Notes: generated by a model not told the origin, from the sequence alone. Counted from the first letter of the stretch, positions 36,275 to 46,990 are shown. The stretch: 62,000 bases of DNA from Candidatus Methylomirabilota bacterium (GCA_046728035.1 JBKPDT010000127.1:1-62000), one strand, 5' to 3'. Program-made: numbers and translations.

Positions 36275-39200
36275 ATGGCGCGACCTGCGCGCAGTGCGCT
36301 CCTCGCCGACACGTTCCGTCGGCGCATCCTGGTGCTCGATGGCGCCATGGGCACCATGATCCAGGCGCGCAACTTGACCGCGGAAGATTTCGGCGGCGCC
36401 GAGCTCGAAGGCTGCAACGAGCACCTCACCCTGACCCGTCCGGACGTGATCCGTGGCATCCACGACGCGTACCTCGACGCCGGCGCCGATCTCATCTCGA
36501 CCAACTCCTTCGGATGCGCGCCGTATGTCCTGGCCGAATATGGCCTATCGGCGAAGAGTCATGAGCTCTGTCTCGCCGCCGCCCGCATCGCGCGCGAGGC
36601 CGTCGACGCCCGCTCCACGCCGGAGCGCCCGCGCTTCGTCATCGGCGCCATGGGGCCCGGCACGCGCACCATCACCGTCACCGGCGGCGTGACTTTCGAC
36701 GAGGTGCGCGAGGGCTACCGGACGCAGGCGCGTGGCCTGGTCGCCGGCGGCGCGGACGCGCTGCTCCTCGAGACGAGCCAGGACACGCTCAACCTCAAGG
36801 CCGCCGCCATCGGCGTACGCGAGGCCATGGCCGAGGCCGGTGTCGACCTGCCCCTCATGGTGAGCGGCACCATCGAGCCCATGGGTAGCATGCTCGCGGG
36901 GCAGGGCGTGGACGCCCTCCACGCCTCGCTCGAGCACCTCGGTCTCTTTTCCATCGGGCTCAACTGCGCCACCGGCCCGGAGTTCATGACCGATCACCTC
37001 CGCTCCCTCGCGGGACTGGCGACCTGTCTGGTCACGGTGTACCCGAACGCGGGACTACCCGACGAGCACGGACACTACGAGGAGACGCCGGAAAGTCTGG
37101 CTCTCAAGATGCGCCGCTTCGTCGAGGAGGGCTGGGTGAACATGGTGGGCGGCTGCTGCGGGACCACGCCCGCCCATACCCGCGCGCTTGCCCGGCTCGT
37201 CGAGGGCCGGCCGCCGCGCCGGCCCGCCGAGCGGCTCGCCCCCGCGGTGAGCGGCATCGAGGTCGTGTACCCCAGCGACGACAACCGCCCGCTCCTCGTG
37301 GGTGAGCGCACCAACGTGATCGGCTCGCGCAAGTTCAAGGATCTCATCGTCGACGGGCGCTTCGAGGAGGCCGCCGAGGTCGGGCGGGCCCAGGTGCGCG
37401 GAGGCGGGCAGGTGCTGGACGTGTGTCTCGCCAATCCCGATCGGGACGAGCAGGCCGACATCCTGCGCTTCCTCGACCGCCTCACCCGCAAGGTGAAGGC
37501 CCCGCTCATGATCGACTCCACCGACGCCGTGGTGATCGAGGCGGCGCTGCGGCTCTGCCAGGGCAAGGCCATCATCAACTCCATCAACCTGGAGGACGGC
37601 GAGGAGCGGTTCGAGAGGGTCGTTCCCCTGTGCCGCACCTACGGAGCGGCGGTGGTGGTGGGCTGCATCGACGAGAACAAGCAGCAGGGAATGGCGGTGT
37701 CGCGGGAGCGCAAACTCGAGATCGCCCAGCGATCCTTCGAGCTCCTCACTGGGAGATACGGGCTGCCCGCGCGCGATCTCATCTTCGATCCGCTCGTGTT
37801 TCCGGTGGGGACGGGGGACGCGAACTACGTGGGCTCGGCGGTGGAGACCATCGAGGGGCTGCGCGCGATCAAGGAGCGCTTCCCCGAGTGCCGGACCATC
37901 CTCGGCATCTCCAACGTCTCGTTCGGCCTCCCCTCCGCGGGTCGCGAGGTGCTCAACGCCGTCTTCCTCTATCACTGCACCAAGGCCGGACTCGATTACG
38001 CCATCGTGAACACCGAGCGGCTTGAGCGCTACGCGACCATTCCGGAGGAGGAGCGTCGTCTGGCCGAGGACCTCGTGTGGATGCGAGGCGAGGACCCGGT
38101 GGCCGCCTTCGCCGCCCATTTCCGCGGCAAGAAGAAGGAGGCGCGCGCGACGGGGGCGTCGCTCTCCCTCGACGAGCGGCTCGCCCGCTACATCGTGGAG
38201 GGCTCGCGCGACGGTCTCGTCGAGGATCTCGAGACCAAGCGCGCGGAAGCGTCCCCACTCGAGATCATCAATGGGCCCCTCATGAGGGGCATGGAAGAGG
38301 TCGGCCGCCTCTTCAACGACAACCAGCTCATCGTGGCCGAGGTGCTCCAGTCCGCCGAGGCCATGAAGGCGGCGGTGGCCCACCTCGAGCAGTACATGGA
38401 GCGAGCGGAGAGCGCCACGCGCGGGAGCATCGTGCTCGCCACCGTCAAGGGAGACGTGCACGACATCGGCAAGAACCTCGTGGAGATCATCTGGAAGAAC
38501 AATGGCTACCGCGTGATCAACCTCGGGATCAAGGTGCCCCCCGAGGACCTCATCGCCGCCTACCACAGCCACAAGCCGGACGCCTTCGGGCTCTCGGGGC
38601 TCCTGGTCAAGTCGGCGCAGCAGATGGTGTTGACCGCTCAGGACCTTCGCGCCGCGGGAATCGACATCCCGCTCTTCGTGGGGGGCGCCGCCCTCACGCG
38701 CCGGTTCACCGCCACGCGCATCGCCCCCGAGTACCCGGGGGCGACGATCTACGCCAAGGACGCCATGGACGGGCTCGACCTCGCCAACCGTCTCTTCGGC
38801 GCGACCACGCGTGAGGCCTTCCTGGGCGAGGTGGCCGCCCAGCAGCAGGCGCTGCGCGCGGGCGGTGAGGTGGCCACGGGAGCGCCGGCGGCGTCCGCGG
38901 GAGCGCCGGCGCGCTCGGCGGTCTCGCGGGTGGTGCCCGTCCCCGCTCCCCCCGACCTCGATCTCCACGTGCTGCGCGACGTGCCGCTCAGCCACATCTA
39001 TCCCTACCTCAACCTTCAGATGCTCCTGGGCAAGCACCTGGGACTCAAGGGGGCGGTGGGGCGCCTGCTCGACGATGGAGACGCCAAGGCGGTGGAGCTC
39101 CGGGACATGGTGACGGCGCTCCAGCGCGAGGCGGCGTCCAGGGCCTGGCTCCGCGCCGACGGGCTCTATCGCTTCTACGAGGCCAACGCCGCTGGTGATC

Positions 39201-39745
39201 ACCTCGTCCTCTACGAGGCCGGCCGCGAGGTGGCGCGCTTCCGCTTCCCGCGCCAGCCCGCGGGAGAGCGGCTGTGCCTGGCCGACTACGCGCGCCCGGT
39301 GGAGAGCGGGGAGCGCGATTACGTGGCGCTCTTTGCCGTGACGTGTGGAGCGGGTGTCCGTCGTCTCGCCGAGGATTGGAAGGAGTCGGGCCAGTATCTC
39401 CGGTCTCACGCGCTCCAGGCGCTCGCCATCGAGAGCGCGGAGGCCTTCGCCGAGATGCTGCACGCGCGGCTCCGCACCCAGTGGGGTTTCCCCGACCCGC
39501 CGGACACCTCCATGGCGGACCGGCTCAAGGCGCGCTATCGCGGCCTGCGCGTCTCGCCGGGCTACCCTGCCTGCCCGGAGCTCGCCGACCAGCGCATCAT
39601 CTTCGATCTCCTCGGTCCCGAGCGGATCGGGCTCACCCTCACGGAAGGCTTCATGATGGATCCGGAGGCGGCGGTGTCGGCCATCGTGTTTCATCACCCC
39701 GAGGCGAAGTACTTCAAGGCCGACGGCTCCCCCTCGTCCGACTGA
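36275..39745 (+). CDS. metH: Cobalamin-dependent methionine synthase
   Basis: 1156 aa with Hcy-binding, pterin-binding, B12-binding (GDVHDIGKN) and AdoMet-activation modules. Confidence 0.97.
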   Translation: MARPARSALLADTFRRRILVLDGAMGTMIQARNLTAEDFGGAELEGCNEHLTLTRPDVIRGIHDAYLDAGADLISTNSFGCAPYVLAEYGLSAKSHELCLAAARIAREAVDARSTPERPRFVIGAMGPGTRTITVTGGVTFDEVREGYRTQARGLVAGGADALLLETSQDTLNLKAAAIGVREAMAEAGVDLPLMVSGTIEPMGSMLAGQGVDALHASLEHLGLFSIGLNCATGPEFMTDHLRSLAGLATCLVTVYPNAGLPDEHGHYEETPESLALKMRRFVEEGWVNMVGGCCGTTPAHTRALARLVEGRPPRRPAERLAPAVSGIEVVYPSDDNRPLLVGERTNVIGSRKFKDLIVDGRFEEAAEVGRAQVRGGGQVLDVCLANPDRDEQADILRFLDRLTRKVKAPLMIDSTDAVVIEAALRLCQGKAIINSINLEDGEERFERVVPLCRTYGAAVVVGCIDENKQQGMAVSRERKLEIAQRSFELLTGRYGLPARDLIFDPLVFPVGTGDANYVGSAVETIEGLRAIKERFPECRTILGISNVSFGLPSAGREVLNAVFLYHCTKAGLDYAIVNTERLERYATIPEEERRLAEDLVWMRGEDPVAAFAAHFRGKKKEARATGASLSLDERLARYIVEGSRDGLVEDLETKRAEASPLEIINGPLMRGMEEVGRLFNDNQLIVAEVLQSAEAMKAAVAHLEQYMERAESATRGSIVLATVKGDVHDIGKNLVEIIWKNNGYRVINLGIKVPPEDLIAAYHSHKPDAFGLSGLLVKSAQQMVLTAQDLRAAGIDIPLFVGGAALTRRFTATRIAPEYPGATIYAKDAMDGLDLANRLFGATTREAFLGEVAAQQQALRAGGEVATGAPAASAGAPARSAVSRVVPVPAPPDLDLHVLRDVPLSHIYPYLNLQMLLGKHLGLKGAVGRLLDDGDAKAVELRDMVTALQREAASRAWLRADGLYRFYEANAAGDHLVLYEAGREVARFRFPRQPAGERLCLADYARPVESGERDYVALFAVTCGAGVRRLAEDWKESGQYLRSHALQALAIESAEAFAEMLHARLRTQWGFPDPPDTSMADRLKARYRGLRVSPGYPACPELADQRIIFDLLGPERIGLTLTEGFMMDPEAAVSAIVFHHPEAKYFKADGSPSSD

Positions 39746-40392
39746 TGCTCCAGGCGGCGGTCTCCGGCTTGAGCCCCCGATTCCTCGGCCTCTTCGCCGA
39801 CGAGGCCCTCGCCGACAAGCGGCTTCTCGACGTGGGCTGCGGGTGGGGACGCGTGGCCCTGGTCCTCGCGCCCTCTTGCTCCTGGGTGGTGGGGCTCGAT
39901 CGCGAGCCCTCGCTCATCGCTGAGGCCCGCGAGCGCGCCGCCAAGGCCGGGCTCGCCAATGCCGAGTTCCACGTGACCGACGTGGAAGCCGGCGAATACC
40001 ATCCCTGGCGGCCGGACCTCGTCACCGCACATCTCTGTGCCTCCGACGCCATCGTCGAGCGCGCCGCGCGCGCCCTGCCGTCCGGCGGCTTCCTCGCCAT
40101 GGTGGCCTTCCACGTGGACCAGTGGAAGGAGACCGGCAAGGTCTCGCGGTTCGCCTTTGACGAGGCACGCCTGCGCGCCTCGCTCGAACGCGCCGGGCTC
40201 GATGTGGAGACGCTGGAGGTCGAGGGTGAGGTCCGGCGCTTCGGCTCGGTGGAGGAGGCACTGGCGGCCGCGGTGGGGCTCGAGGAGCGCTGGAAGGCCG
40301 ACGGCCGCTGGTTCCGCTACGTCGAGTTCCTCGAAAAGGGCGGCCGGACCCTGACGCGGAGTCACCTCATCGCCAAGGCGCGACGGCCGTGA
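39745..40392 (+). CDS. Class I SAM-dependent methyltransferase
   Basis: ORF 39274..40392 trimmed to ATG 39745 (TGATG overlap with metH). LLDVGCGWGRVAL. Confidence 0.8.
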   Translation: MLQAAVSGLSPRFLGLFADEALADKRLLDVGCGWGRVALVLAPSCSWVVGLDREPSLIAEARERAAKAGLANAEFHVTDVEAGEYHPWRPDLVTAHLCASDAIVERAARALPSGGFLAMVAFHVDQWKETGKVSRFAFDEARLRASLERAGLDVETLEVEGEVRRFGSVEEALAAAVGLEERWKADGRWFRYVEFLEKGGRTLTRSHLIAKARRP

Positions 40393-41327
40393 TCACGGCA
40401 GCGGCGCTGACCGAGGCGGTGAAGACCCGCGCGCTGGACCTCGGCTTCGATCTGGTCGCGGTGGGGCCCGCGGGGCCGCCCGAGCATGGCGAATCGTTCG
40501 AGCGCTGGGTCGAGGCGGGCCATGCCGGCACCATGGCCTATCTCGGACGGAGGCTGCCCGAGAGGCTCGACCCCCGCCGCGTCCTGCCGCAGGCGCGCTC
40601 GGTGGTCTGCGTCGCGCTGAACTACTACCAGGGCGAGCCCGTCGACGACACGTGGAGTCCGGTGGCGCGCTATGCCTGGGGCCGCGACTACCATGACGTG
40701 ATGACGCCGCGGCTGGACACCCTCGCGCGCTTCATCGGGGAGGCGGCGGGGGAACGCGGGAAGTGCTACGTGGACACCGGCCCGATCCTGGAGCGCGACC
40801 TCGCCGCTCGGGCGGGGCTCGGCTGGGTCGGCAAGAACACCATGCTGCTTCATCCCGCGCTCGGCTCCTGGTTCTTCATCGGGGTGCTCCTGACCACCGC
40901 CGATCTCGTCCACGGGGACGCGCTGCCGGATCGCTGCGGCACCTGCCGCGCCTGCCTGGACGCCTGCCCCACCCAGGCCTTCATCGCCCCCTACGTGCTG
41001 GATGCGCGGCGCTGCATCTCCTATCTCACCATCGAGCATCGAGGGGAGGTGGATCCCGCGCTCGCCGCCGCCATGGGGCAGTGGCAGTTCGGCTGCGATA
41101 TCTGTCAGGACGTCTGTCCATGGAACCGCAAGGCGCCCGTGACGCGGGAGCCCGCGTTTCTCCCCGCGACGCCCTATCCCGGCGCGGCGGCGGTGGCGCG
41201 GATGGACGACGCGGCCTTCGCGCAGCGCTTCGCGGGCACCCCCCTCACGCGCCCAAAGGCGGCGGGCATGCGGCGCAACGCGGCGATCGCCCTCCGCAAC
41301 GCCGAGCGGGCGGAGGAGGAGGCATGA
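40389..41327 (+). CDS. queG: Epoxyqueuosine reductase
   Basis: CGTCRACLDACPTQAF, CISYLTIEHRG, FGCDICQDVCPWN. GTGA overlap. Confidence 0.9.
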   Translation: MITAAALTEAVKTRALDLGFDLVAVGPAGPPEHGESFERWVEAGHAGTMAYLGRRLPERLDPRRVLPQARSVVCVALNYYQGEPVDDTWSPVARYAWGRDYHDVMTPRLDTLARFIGEAAGERGKCYVDTGPILERDLAARAGLGWVGKNTMLLHPALGSWFFIGVLLTTADLVHGDALPDRCGTCRACLDACPTQAFIAPYVLDARRCISYLTIEHRGEVDPALAAAMGQWQFGCDICQDVCPWNRKAPVTREPAFLPATPYPGAAAVARMDDAAFAQRFAGTPLTRPKAAGMRRNAAIALRNAERAEEEA

Positions 41328-41896
41328 TCGGGGCCGTCACCGTCTTCTGCGGCTCGAGCAATCTGGCCGACGCCAAGTACTTCGACGCCGCGCGCGAGCT
41401 GGGCGAGAAGATGACCCGTCGCCGCTGGCGTCTCGTCTACGGCGGCGGCGGGGTGGGGCTGATGGGCGAGCTGGCGCGCACCGTGCTCGCCCATGGCGGC
41501 GAGGTCACGGGCGTCATCCCCAAGGCCCTGCTCGATCTCGGTGTGGGCGAGACCACCGTGACCGAGCTCGTGGTGACGGAAGGGCTGCGGGACCGGAAGG
41601 CCATCATGGACTCGCGCGGCGACGCCTTCGTGGCTCTGCCCGGCGGGATGGGCACCTTCGAGGAGATCCTGGAGGTGATGGTGCTCAAGCAGCTCGGCTA
41701 TCATCGGAAGCCCATCGCGGTGCTGGACCTCGACGGCTACTACGAGCCCCTGTGGACCCAGATCCAGCGCGGCATCGACCAGGCCTTCATCAAGGCCGAG
41801 TACCTCGATCTCTGGTACCCGGCCCCCGACGTGGACGCCCTCCTTCGCTATCTCGAGTCCTACCAGCCTCACGGCTACGGCCAGAAATGGCAGTAG
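41324..41896 (+). CDS. LOG-family nucleotide 5'-monophosphate nucleosidase (TIGR00730-like)
   Basis: ORF 40763..41896 trimmed to ATG 41324 (ATGA overlap). VYGGGGVGLMG, PGGMGTFEE. Confidence 0.88.
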   Translation: MIGAVTVFCGSSNLADAKYFDAARELGEKMTRRRWRLVYGGGGVGLMGELARTVLAHGGEVTGVIPKALLDLGVGETTVTELVVTEGLRDRKAIMDSRGDAFVALPGGMGTFEEILEVMVLKQLGYHRKPIAVLDLDGYYEPLWTQIQRGIDQAFIKAEYLDLWYPAPDVDALLRYLESYQPHGYGQKWQ

Positions 41897-41927
41897 TGTT
41901 ACAATTCGATCGCCCAGGAGAACATGC

Positions 41928-42476
41928 ATGGCCATACTGAAGGTCGCTCGCCTCGGTCACCCCGTGCTCCGCCAGCCGGCCGATCCCGTTCCGGTGGAGG
42001 ACATCCGCACGCCCGAGGTCCAGCGCCTCATCGACGACATGGTCGAGACCATGAGGGAATACAACGGAGCTGGCTTGGCCGCCAACCAGGTTCACACCCT
42101 CAAGCAGATCTGCGTGATCGAGGTGAAGGACAATCCCCGCTATCCCGAGGCCGAATCCATCCCGCTGACCGTCCTCATCAACCCCGTCGTGACGCCGCTC
42201 TCCACGGAGATGGAGGACGGCTGGGAGGGGTGCCTCTCCGTGCCCGACATGCGCGGGGTGGTGCCGCGGCACACCTCGGTGCGGCTGGAAGCCTACGATC
42301 GCGAGGGGAACCGGGTCGACGTCGTCGCCAAGGAGTTCCTCGCCCGGGTGATCCAGCACGAGACGGATCATCTTCGGGGCGTCGTGTACCTCGACCGGAT
42401 GAACGACCTCTCGACCCTCACCCATCTCGCCGAGTGGAACAAGTACTGGATGGGCATCGCGGAGCAGGACGATTAA
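41928..42476 (+). CDS. def: Peptide deformylase
   Basis: GAGLAANQV, EGCLSVP, QHETDHL. Confidence 0.95.
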   Translation: MAILKVARLGHPVLRQPADPVPVEDIRTPEVQRLIDDMVETMREYNGAGLAANQVHTLKQICVIEVKDNPRYPEAESIPLTVLINPVVTPLSTEMEDGWEGCLSVPDMRGVVPRHTSVRLEAYDREGNRVDVVAKEFLARVIQHETDHLRGVVYLDRMNDLSTLTHLAEWNKYWMGIAEQDD

Positions 42477-42480
42477 TCGC

Positions 42481-42828
42481 GTGGTCGCGGTGGTGAAGGA
42501 CCTCTTCTTCGCGGCGCGCATCCGCGAGACGGCGCGCCTGGTGGGGACCCCGCTCGCCTTTGCGCGCGCGCCGGAGGAGGTGGCGCCTGCCCTCGCCGCC
42601 GAGCCCGCCGACCTCGTGATCCTCGACCTCACCACCGCCGGCTGGGACTACGAGGCCATCCTGGGCGCCATCGAGGGCGGAGCCGTCCGGGTGCCGGTGC
42701 TGGGCTTCACCACGCACGCCCTCGCCCGTCAGACCCAGCCTCTGCATGGGCGCTGCGAGCGCGTCGTCACCAAGGAGACGTTGACGCAGGAGCTGCCGCG
42801 GATCCTGCGCGAGGGGGTGGCGGCGTGA
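42481..42828 (+). CDS. Hypothetical receiver-like (CheY-fold-like) protein
   Basis: 115 aa with DLVILDL, VLGFTTH and VVTKE spacing reminiscent of receiver domains. No output domain. Confidence 0.55.
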   Translation: MVAVVKDLFFAARIRETARLVGTPLAFARAPEEVAPALAAEPADLVILDLTTAGWDYEAILGAIEGGAVRVPVLGFTTHALARQTQPLHGRCERVVTKETLTQELPRILREGVAA

Positions 42829-43484
42829 CGCCTCAGGAATTCGTGGCGGATCTCGACGCGGCCAATCAGAAGGTGCTCGCCCGCCTCGCCCCCGACGCCA
42901 CCCTCCGGCCCGAGGTCGAGGGCGCGCTCAACGTGACGAACCTCCTCAAGGTCGCCCTCAAGAACGAGATCGAGGCCACCGAGATCGCCGCGCGCTGGCT
43001 CGTCAAGACCGACGACGTGCAGGTGAAGATGGCCTTCGCCCGCCAGGCGGGGGACGAGGCCAAGCACTACCGGATGATCGCCGATCGCCTCCGCGAGCTG
43101 GGCTTCGACGCGCGCGGCTTCGATCCGCTCGGCAAGGGTTATGGCCCCCTGTTCCAGTACCTCGACGCGCTCGGCACCACGGTGGAGCGAGTGGCCGCCG
43201 GGCAGTTCACGCGGGAAGCCATCGCGGTGGTGAAGAACCGCCAGTTCATCGAGTTCTGCGAGCAGGCGGGGGACCGGGCCACCGCCACACTCTACAAGGA
43301 TGTCATCGAGCCCGACGAGCGCTTCCACCACGAGCTGGGCCGCACGCTCCTGCTGCGCCTGGCCACCACGCCCGAGGCGCAGGAGGCCGCGCGCCGGGCC
43401 GCCGCGCGAACCCTCGAGCTCGCCGAGGAGTTGCAGGCGGCGGCGCTCAAGACCGCGGGCATCCACCACGCGCCGGGGTGCTGA
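42825..43484 (+). CDS. Ferritin-like diiron-carboxylate protein
   Basis: Four-helix ligand pattern NEIEATE / DEAKHY / TREAIAV / EPDERFHH (E, ExxH, E, ExxH). GTGA overlap with the upstream gene. Confidence 0.65.
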   Translation: MTPQEFVADLDAANQKVLARLAPDATLRPEVEGALNVTNLLKVALKNEIEATEIAARWLVKTDDVQVKMAFARQAGDEAKHYRMIADRLRELGFDARGFDPLGKGYGPLFQYLDALGTTVERVAAGQFTREAIAVVKNRQFIEFCEQAGDRATATLYKDVIEPDERFHHELGRTLLLRLATTPEAQEAARRAAARTLELAEELQAAALKTAGIHHAPGC

Positions 43485-44317
43485 TGAGCGGAGACCCCGC
43501 GCTCGACGCCTGGGTAGTCGAGGTCGAGCAGCCCGACAGCGAGATCAGTCTCGCTCGCGCCGCGCTGGCGCTGAGTCGGATCGAGCATCCCGAACTCGAC
43601 GCCCCGCACTACCTCGGCCGTCTCGACGGCCTCGCCGGCGAGATCGAAGCGGCCCGGAGGGGGGCGAGCCCGGTCGAGCGGCTGCACGGGCTGCGCGAGT
43701 ACCTCTTCGAGGAGCTGGGATTCAAGGGCAATCGCGCGGACTACTTCGACCCGCGCAACAGCTTTCTCTCGGACGTGCTCGACCGGCGGCTGGGCATCCC
43801 CATCTCGCTCTCGCTCGTGCTCATCGAGGTCGGCCGCCGGCTCGGGCTGCCCATGGAAGGGATCGGGCTCCCCGGCCATTTCATCACCGGCGTGCGGCTC
43901 GACGAGGCACCCATCCTCCTCGACCCCTTCCACGGCGGCGCCATCCTCACCCCCGAGGCCTGCCGCGAGCTCGTGTCGCGGGCGGTAGGCAAGCGGGTCC
44001 GGCTCACCGAAGCCTCGTTCGCGCCGGTGGGGAACCGGCAATTCCTGACGCGGATGCTCGCCAACCTCAAGGGCATCTACTGGCGCACCGAGCAGTGGGA
44101 GAAGGCGGCGCGGGTGAGCGATCATCTCATCGTCCTGGATCCGGCGGCGGGCACGGAGCGGCGCGACCGCGGCATCGCGCTCGCCAAGGCAGGGCAGTAC
44201 CAGCGCGGCCTCGCCGACTGGGAGCGCTACCTCACCGAGTTCCCGAAGGCGCCCGACCATACCGAGATGCGGGGCCACCTCCGCCGTGTCCGGCAGAAGC
44301 TCGCCGAGCTGAACTGA
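43478..44317 (+). CDS. SirB1/YchA-like transglutaminase-like + TPR protein
   Basis: ...RRLGIPISLSLVLIEVGRRLGLPMEGIGLPGHF..., C-terminal TPR-like region. Start GTG 43478 or ATG 43484. Confidence 0.75.
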   Translation: MLMSGDPALDAWVVEVEQPDSEISLARAALALSRIEHPELDAPHYLGRLDGLAGEIEAARRGASPVERLHGLREYLFEELGFKGNRADYFDPRNSFLSDVLDRRLGIPISLSLVLIEVGRRLGLPMEGIGLPGHFITGVRLDEAPILLDPFHGGAILTPEACRELVSRAVGKRVRLTEASFAPVGNRQFLTRMLANLKGIYWRTEQWEKAARVSDHLIVLDPAAGTERRDRGIALAKAGQYQRGLADWERYLTEFPKAPDHTEMRGHLRRVRQKLAELN

Positions 44318-44325
44318 GAGCCGCC

Positions 44326-45054
44326 GTGCGCGTCCGGGGCGGGCAGAACCTCTACGGTTTCTCGGTGGGCATCCTGATGCTCGACACGCGCTTCCCGCGC
44401 ATCCCGGGGGACATGGGTAACGCCGGCACCTTCGACTTCCCGGTGCGCTATCAGCGCGTCGAGGGCGCCTCGCCCGACAAAGTCGTGCGGCAAGGCCAGC
44501 GGGCGCTCCTGCCCTCCTTCGTCGAGGGCGCGCGCTTCCTCGAGCGGGAGGGCGTGCGCGCCATCACCACCAACTGCGGTTTCCTCGCGAAATTTCAAGC
44601 CGAGATGGCGGCGGCGGTGTCGGTGCCCGTCTTCACCTCGAGCCTCATGCTGGTGCCGCTGGTCCACCGCATGCTCCCGCCCGGTCGCGCGGTGGGCATC
44701 CTCACCGTCGACGCCTCGTCGCTCAAAGCCGACCACTACGCGGGGGCGGGAATCGGCCCCGAGATCCCCACCGTGGTCGCGGGGCTCGAGACCGAGAAGG
44801 AATTCACCAGCGTGATGCTCGACGATCTCCTCGAGATGGACGTGGAGGCGGCGCGTCAGGAGCATCTCGCGGTGTCGCGCCGACTCGTCGAGGCGCATCC
44901 CGAGATCGGCGCGATCGTGCTCGAATGCACCAACATGCCGCCCTATCGCGCCGACATCCAGGCCGCGACGGGGCTTCCCGTCTTCGACATCACCACCCTC
45001 GTCCGGATGGTGCACGAGGCGGTGCGGCACGAGCTGCCGCCGCGCTCGGCATGA
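44326..45054 (+). CDS. Asp/Glu/hydantoin racemase-superfamily protein
   Basis: ORF 43300..45054 trimmed to GTG 44326. GILMLDTRFPRIPGDMGNAGTF..., ITTNCGF, LECTNMPPY. Confidence 0.7.
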   Translation: MRVRGGQNLYGFSVGILMLDTRFPRIPGDMGNAGTFDFPVRYQRVEGASPDKVVRQGQRALLPSFVEGARFLEREGVRAITTNCGFLAKFQAEMAAAVSVPVFTSSLMLVPLVHRMLPPGRAVGILTVDASSLKADHYAGAGIGPEIPTVVAGLETEKEFTSVMLDDLLEMDVEAARQEHLAVSRRLVEAHPEIGAIVLECTNMPPYRADIQAATGLPVFDITTLVRMVHEAVRHELPPRSA

Positions 45055-45080
45055 CACCCACCCCCAGGAGGCTTCCCGCG

Positions 45081-46106
45081 ATGCGGACCCCGTCGTTGAT
45101 ACGCAGATCTGTTGCCTCTCTCGGCGTGATGGCCCTCCTCCTCGCCGCGGTGGCGCCCGTCGCCGCGCAGCAATCGCTGACCTGGACCGCGGGTGCGGTG
45201 GGTGGCGGGTGGTACACGATCTCGGGCGGCATGGCCGAGCTCATGCGCGAGAAGGCCGGGCTCAACATCAAGGTGGTGCCCGGCGGGGGGACGCAGAACC
45301 CCGTGCTCGTCCAGACCGGCGAGGCCGAGATCGGCATGGGGCTACCGCCGCTGCTGGGCGCGGCGGTGCGCGGCGAGGACCCCTACGCGGGCAAGGCCAT
45401 GCCCGACCTGCGCGCCATCGCCGGGAACATGAGCCTCAACACCTTTCACTTCTACGTCGCCAACGACTCGCCCTACGCGAAGATGAGCCTGGAGGAGATC
45501 ATCAAGGGCAAGAAGCCCATCCGCCTCGCCATCTCCAAGCCCGGCTCCTCCGACGTGTGGGTATTCGAGAAGGTGATGGTGCACTACGGGCTCTGCTCCG
45601 GCGCCAAGATCGAGGACTGCTACAAGACGTGGGAAGCGGCGGGCGCCAAGTTCTTCCGAGGGTCCTACTCCGAGCAGGCGGGCGCCTTCAAGGACCGGAA
45701 CGTGGACGGGACCTTTACCTTTCTGGCGCTGCCCGGTGCCTCCGTCACCGAGGCGTCGGTGGGCCGCGACCTCAAGCTCCTAGCCTTCCCCAAGCCCTTG
45801 CTCGAGTACCTCGGCAAGTTCGGGCTGGGCGAGGGCATGATCCCCGCGGGCACCTATCCCAAGGCCGCCAACGGCAATGAGCCGGTGGTCTCGGCCACCA
45901 TGGGCACGACGATCACGGTGTCGAGCAAGATGTCGAACGAGACCGCCTACACCCTGGCCAAGACGCTCAACGACAACGTGGACCGGGTACGGAAGATCCA
46001 CGGGAGCCTCGGCGACTACGACCCCGCCAAGGGCCACCTCTTCCTCGGCGTGGCGCTGCACCCAGGCGCCGAGCGCTACTACAAGGAAAAGGGCTGGGTG
46101 AAGTAG
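45081..46106 (+). CDS. TAXI-family TRAP transporter solute receptor
   Basis: Signal peptide MRTPSLIRRSVASLGVMALLLAAVAPVAAQQ. AGGAGG-N8-ATG. GGGWYTISGG, VVPGGGTQNP. The alternative ATG 45051 overlaps the upstream stop. Confidence 0.88.
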   Translation: MRTPSLIRRSVASLGVMALLLAAVAPVAAQQSLTWTAGAVGGGWYTISGGMAELMREKAGLNIKVVPGGGTQNPVLVQTGEAEIGMGLPPLLGAAVRGEDPYAGKAMPDLRAIAGNMSLNTFHFYVANDSPYAKMSLEEIIKGKKPIRLAISKPGSSDVWVFEKVMVHYGLCSGAKIEDCYKTWEAAGAKFFRGSYSEQAGAFKDRNVDGTFTFLALPGASVTEASVGRDLKLLAFPKPLLEYLGKFGLGEGMIPAGTYPKAANGNEPVVSATMGTTITVSSKMSNETAYTLAKTLNDNVDRVRKIHGSLGDYDPAKGHLFLGVALHPGAERYYKEKGWVK

Positions 46107-46148
46107 CGCGCCGCCGCGGAGCCCCCCTGGGTCGGCAAGGAGGCGCTA

Positions 46149-46814
46149 GTGGGCTCCAGCTACAAGCATGGCCGCGGGCTCGTTCTCCTCGCCGCGGCGA
46201 TCCTCTCGGCGTCCTGCGTCCAACTCACGCCGCCAAAGATGGAGTACCGAGCAGGCCGCGCCCTCCACAGCGATCCGAAGTTTTCATTCCAGGTACCCAG
46301 GGGCTGGCGTCCGGCGACAAGCGCCGACTGGATGCGGTTCTCGGTAAACGCAGGGATGATCGACCGGATGAACGAACAGGAAAGGGCCCAGTTCGCACGG
46401 CAGGGCCGAACCGAATTGTCCCGGTATCACGCGGTCTTGATCCACTCGACGCGCGCCTGGATGGACGTGAAGGTTGCGGAAAGCCAGGGGGCGGTGTTTC
46501 GGAAAGGTCAGGGCCTTACCGATATCGAGAGCGATTTCCTGTGGCGCTCGTATGAGAAGGCACTCGTGGATGCGGCGCCCGTGACCGACAAGCCGAAGTA
46601 CTCGCTTGAGTACATGGATCTTGCGGACTACGGCCCGAATACCGCCATCAGCCTGATTCTGACAAAAATGGATCGTCGGGGTACGACCCGTTGGAATCTT
46701 CTCGGTTTCGTGTCCGAGACCCATATCGTGACGGTCTCCATCGGCAGTGTGGAGAGGTCTTCGGATGTGATTGACGGGCTCGACCTCATCGGGCGCACAT
46801 TCCGATTCGAGTAG
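46149..46814 (+). CDS. Hypothetical lipoprotein (lower-GC gene)
   Basis: AAGGAGG-N6-GTG. LLAAAILSASC lipobox-like. No family recognised. Confidence 0.6.
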   Translation: MGSSYKHGRGLVLLAAAILSASCVQLTPPKMEYRAGRALHSDPKFSFQVPRGWRPATSADWMRFSVNAGMIDRMNEQERAQFARQGRTELSRYHAVLIHSTRAWMDVKVAESQGAVFRKGQGLTDIESDFLWRSYEKALVDAAPVTDKPKYSLEYMDLADYGPNTAISLILTKMDRRGTTRWNLLGFVSETHIVTVSIGSVERSSDVIDGLDLIGRTFRFE

Positions 46815-46850
46815 GGGAGCCGCGACCGGACATCGAGATCTGGCCAGTGA

Positions 46851-46967
46851 GCTGCCGCCGAGCAGCCCACGCGGTTCGGGCTCTTCATCAACCTCAAGAC
46901 CGCCAACGCGCTCGGCCTAAAGATCCCGCCGTCGCTCCTGCAACGGGCGGATCAAGTGATCGAGTAA
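46851..46967 (+). pseudogene. 3' remnant of an ABC-transporter substrate-binding protein gene
   Basis: Own translation: [38 protein letters not shown]. This matches the characteristic C-terminus of PF04392-type binding proteins (from memory). TGA lies immediately upstream in frame. Confidence 0.6.
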
Positions 46968-46990
46968 TGAAACGAGGGGCCGGAGGAGAA

